A DNA stretch of 64,000 nucleotides, from contig CAVYRF010000002.1 of assembly GCA_963770895.1 (NCBI GenBank), forward strand, positions 1,664,001 to 1,728,000, written 5' to 3'. How positions within the stretch are numbered: the stretch's first letter is position 1; each line of letters starts with the position of its first letter. The DNA is from an uncultured Acidobacteriota bacterium (lineage in GTDB: Bacteria; Acidobacteriota; Thermoanaerobaculia; Multivoradales; UBA5704). Positions 61,910 through 64,000 of the stretch are shown here, in pieces. A program made the position numbers and the translations under genes. The notes beneath the pieces are model-generated. The model did not search any database and was not told the origin of the DNA. It saw only the letters and a list, made by a program, of their open reading frames with translations.

Positions 61910-62089
61910 ACACCACCTGTGTACAAGACCGATGCCACTGCTTGGTTGCCTGGCGGCGGGAGCCGTCAGGGTCGCGCCGCCGCCGGCGTGGGCAGGAGGC
62001 TGGGCTACAATCGTCAGGAGCCGCGCGCGCCCCGGCCTGGGTTGCCCTGAACTGGCTCTCTCCCCGCTGCCGGCTTTCAGGAGACTCGC

Positions 62090-62914
62090 ATGGACAGCAC
62101 GCTCGCCGCCCCCGCCGCCCCCTCCACCACCACCGCCCCTGCCGTCGAACCGCTGGTCATCGCCGGCCGCTCGTTCCGGTCGCGGCTGTTTCTGGGCACC
62201 GGCAAGTACCCGGACTTTGCCACCATGGCGGCGGCGCTCGACGCCTCCGGCACCGAGGTGGTCACCGTGGCGTTGCGGCGGGTCAACCTGGACGAGCGCG
62301 GCCAGGGGTCGCTGCTGGACTACGTCGACCCAGAGCGCTACCTGTTGCTGCCCAACACCGCCGGCTGCTACACCGCCGACGAGGCCATCCGCACCGCCCG
62401 CCTGGCGCGCGAGCTGGGGGGCTGGGATTGGGTGAAGCTGGAGGTGATCGGCGATCCGCAAACCCTCTTCCCCGACAACGTCGAGCTGCTGAAAGCCACC
62501 GAGCGCCTGGTCGCGGAAGGCTTTGTCGTCCTCGCCTATACCAACGACGACCCGGTGGTCTGCCGCAAGCTGGCGGCCCTGGGCGCCGCCGCCGTCATGC
62601 CCGCCGGCGCCCCCATCGGCTCGGGCATGGGCATCCGCAACCCCGCCAACCTGCGCATCATCCTCGAACAGGCCACCGTTCCCATCCTGGTCGACGCCGG
62701 CGTCGGCACCGCCAGCGACGCCGCCATCGCCATGGAGCTGGGCGCCCAGGGCGTGCTGATGAACACCGCCATCGCCGGCGCCGCCGATCCCATCAAGATG
62801 GCCCGCGCCATGCGCCTGGCCGTCGAAGCCGGCTACCTTGCAGCCCACGCGGGCCGCATTCCCCGCAAGCTGTACGCCTCGGCCTCCTCACCGCTGACCG
62901 GCCTGCTCGACTGA
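62090..62914 (+). CDS. thiG: Thiazole synthase
   Basis: [39 protein letters not shown]. Confidence 0.97.
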   Translation: MDSTLAAPAAPSTTTAPAVEPLVIAGRSFRSRLFLGTGKYPDFATMAAALDASGTEVVTVALRRVNLDERGQGSLLDYVDPERYLLLPNTAGCYTADEAIRTARLARELGGWDWVKLEVIGDPQTLFPDNVELLKATERLVAEGFVVLAYTNDDPVVCRKLAALGAAAVMPAGAPIGSGMGIRNPANLRIILEQATVPILVDAGVGTASDAAIAMELGAQGVLMNTAIAGAADPIKMARAMRLAVEAGYLAAHAGRIPRKLYASASSPLTGLLD

Positions 62915-62949
62915 CCCGTCCCCCCGACCGGCCTAGTGTCCCTTCGGCC

Positions 62950-64000
62950 GTGAAGCTGTTCGAGCAAATGGCGGGCGGCCGGCTGCGGCGCGAGGCGGAC
63001 TTGGATGCCGAGCTGCAAGCCGCGTTCGACATCCTGGTCCGGCAGTATGCGCAAACCCTGCCCCTCACCGAGGCGCGGCGGCAGGCCCGGCTCGCCTTCG
63101 GCGCCCTGGATCCGATCAAGGAGAACGTGCGCCGTGTGGCGGTGTTCCGGGCCGCCCTGCACACCGTCGTGCAGGACGTGCGCCACGCTCTGCGCGGGCT
63201 GCTGCGCGACCGCGGCTTCGCCTGCGTGGCGGTGCTTTCGCTGGCGCTGGGCATCGGCGCCAACGCCGCGATCTTCACCTTCTTTAACGCCGTCCTGCTG
63301 CGCCCGCTTGCCGCCCGCCAGCCGGAGCAGCTGGCCGCGATCTACACCAGGGCAGCCGGCAACCCGACGCTGCTGCGCACGTCGCTGCCCAACTATCTGG
63401 ATCTCAGTGCCCGCAGCCGAGCCTTCACGGGCCTGGTCGCCTTCAGCGGCTCCGGCGTGACGGTCAACCGGATCGTCCAGGGCGAGCCGGTGCAGGAGCA
63501 CGCCCAGCTGGTGTCCGACAACTACTTTTCGGTCCTCGGCGTCCAGCTCCGGGGCCACGGTTTCAGCGTCGGCTCGTCCGGCTCCGCGGGCGGCCCCGCC
63601 GAGGTGGTGATCTCCGATCGGCTGTGGCGCTTGCGCCGCGGCGCGGATCGCGCTCCCGTCGGCAGCATCCTGCGCATCAACGGCCACGCGCTGACGATCG
63701 TCGGCGTGGCGCCGCCCGGCTTTTCCGGCCTTAGCCGGCTGTCGCCGGTCGACGTCTGGCTGCCGGTGCGGCTGGCCGGATGGCTCGGCGTCGACAACTT
63801 CGGCGGTTTCACCGCGTCGCGCCGGACGGGGGTCTTCGACGTCGTCGGGCGGCTGCGCCCGGGCGTCAGCCTGGCGGCGGCGCAGGCCGAGATCCACCGC
63901 ATCGACGCGGACCTGGCCGCGCGCTACCCGGTCGACGATCAGGGGCGCGGTTTCGAGCTGTTGGGGCCGGAGTCCTGTGCCATCGACCCCAACGTCCGCG
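62950..64000 (+). CDS. Duplicated orphan ABC permease (3' truncated by window)
   Basis: READLDAEL, EARRQARLAFG, QDVRHALR, SLALGIGANAAIF, VSDNYFSVLGV. Confidence 0.88.
   Translation, partial: MKLFEQMAGGRLRREADLDAELQAAFDILVRQYAQTLPLTEARRQARLAFGALDPIKENVRRVAVFRAALHTVVQDVRHALRGLLRDRGFACVAVLSLALGIGANAAIFTFFNAVLLRPLAARQPEQLAAIYTRAAGNPTLLRTSLPNYLDLSARSRAFTGLVAFSGSGVTVNRIVQGEPVQEHAQLVSDNYFSVLGVQLRGHGFSVGSSGSAGGPAEVVISDRLWRLRRGADRAPVGSILRINGHALTIVGVAPPGFSGLSRLSPVDVWLPVRLAGWLGVDNFGGFTASRRTGVFDVVGRLRPGVSLAAAQAEIHRIDADLAARYPVDDQGRGFELLGPESCAIDPNVR

Noticed and set aside
61910-62089. TPP riboswitch upstream of thiG
   Set aside because: No CTGAGA or CCTGA..AATGC..GCG.AGG core is visible

Overview
High-GC bacterial chromosomal window, most likely Acidobacteriota (Thermoanaerobaculia-like). 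This is inferred from three orphan duplicated ABC permeases and a secreted protein with the FWFF..N.EMLVKVL..C motif. The core backbone is gyrA (5' partial), hemH, ruvAB, a SurA/PpiD-type PPIase, mreBCD-mrdA-rodA-rng, an M16 peptidase pair, an HtrA protease, ubiX, futalosine-pathway mqnP-like/mqnE, a deoxynucleoside kinase, panBC with an attenuator-like leader, udgX and thiG. A type III PKS/methyltransferase/ACP/FAAL/flavin-oxidoreductase cluster lies at 8.1-13.1 kb. Accessory inserts are: hicBA; a low-GC island at 14.7-16.4 kb (divergent MraZ-like gene, NUDIX hydrolase, small membrane protein); and a patchwork at about 41-56 kb (DprA+PRTase pair, a kumamolisin-prodomain/nucleoside-phosphorylase fusion, a TA remnant and an integrase remnant between 17-bp direct repeats). 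Two ~165-bp MITE-like hairpins share a core but have different arms, and strong local C-to-G skew reversals flank several insertion sites. No rRNA, tRNA or CRISPR array was seen. All family calls come from motif recognition by eye, not from database searches.
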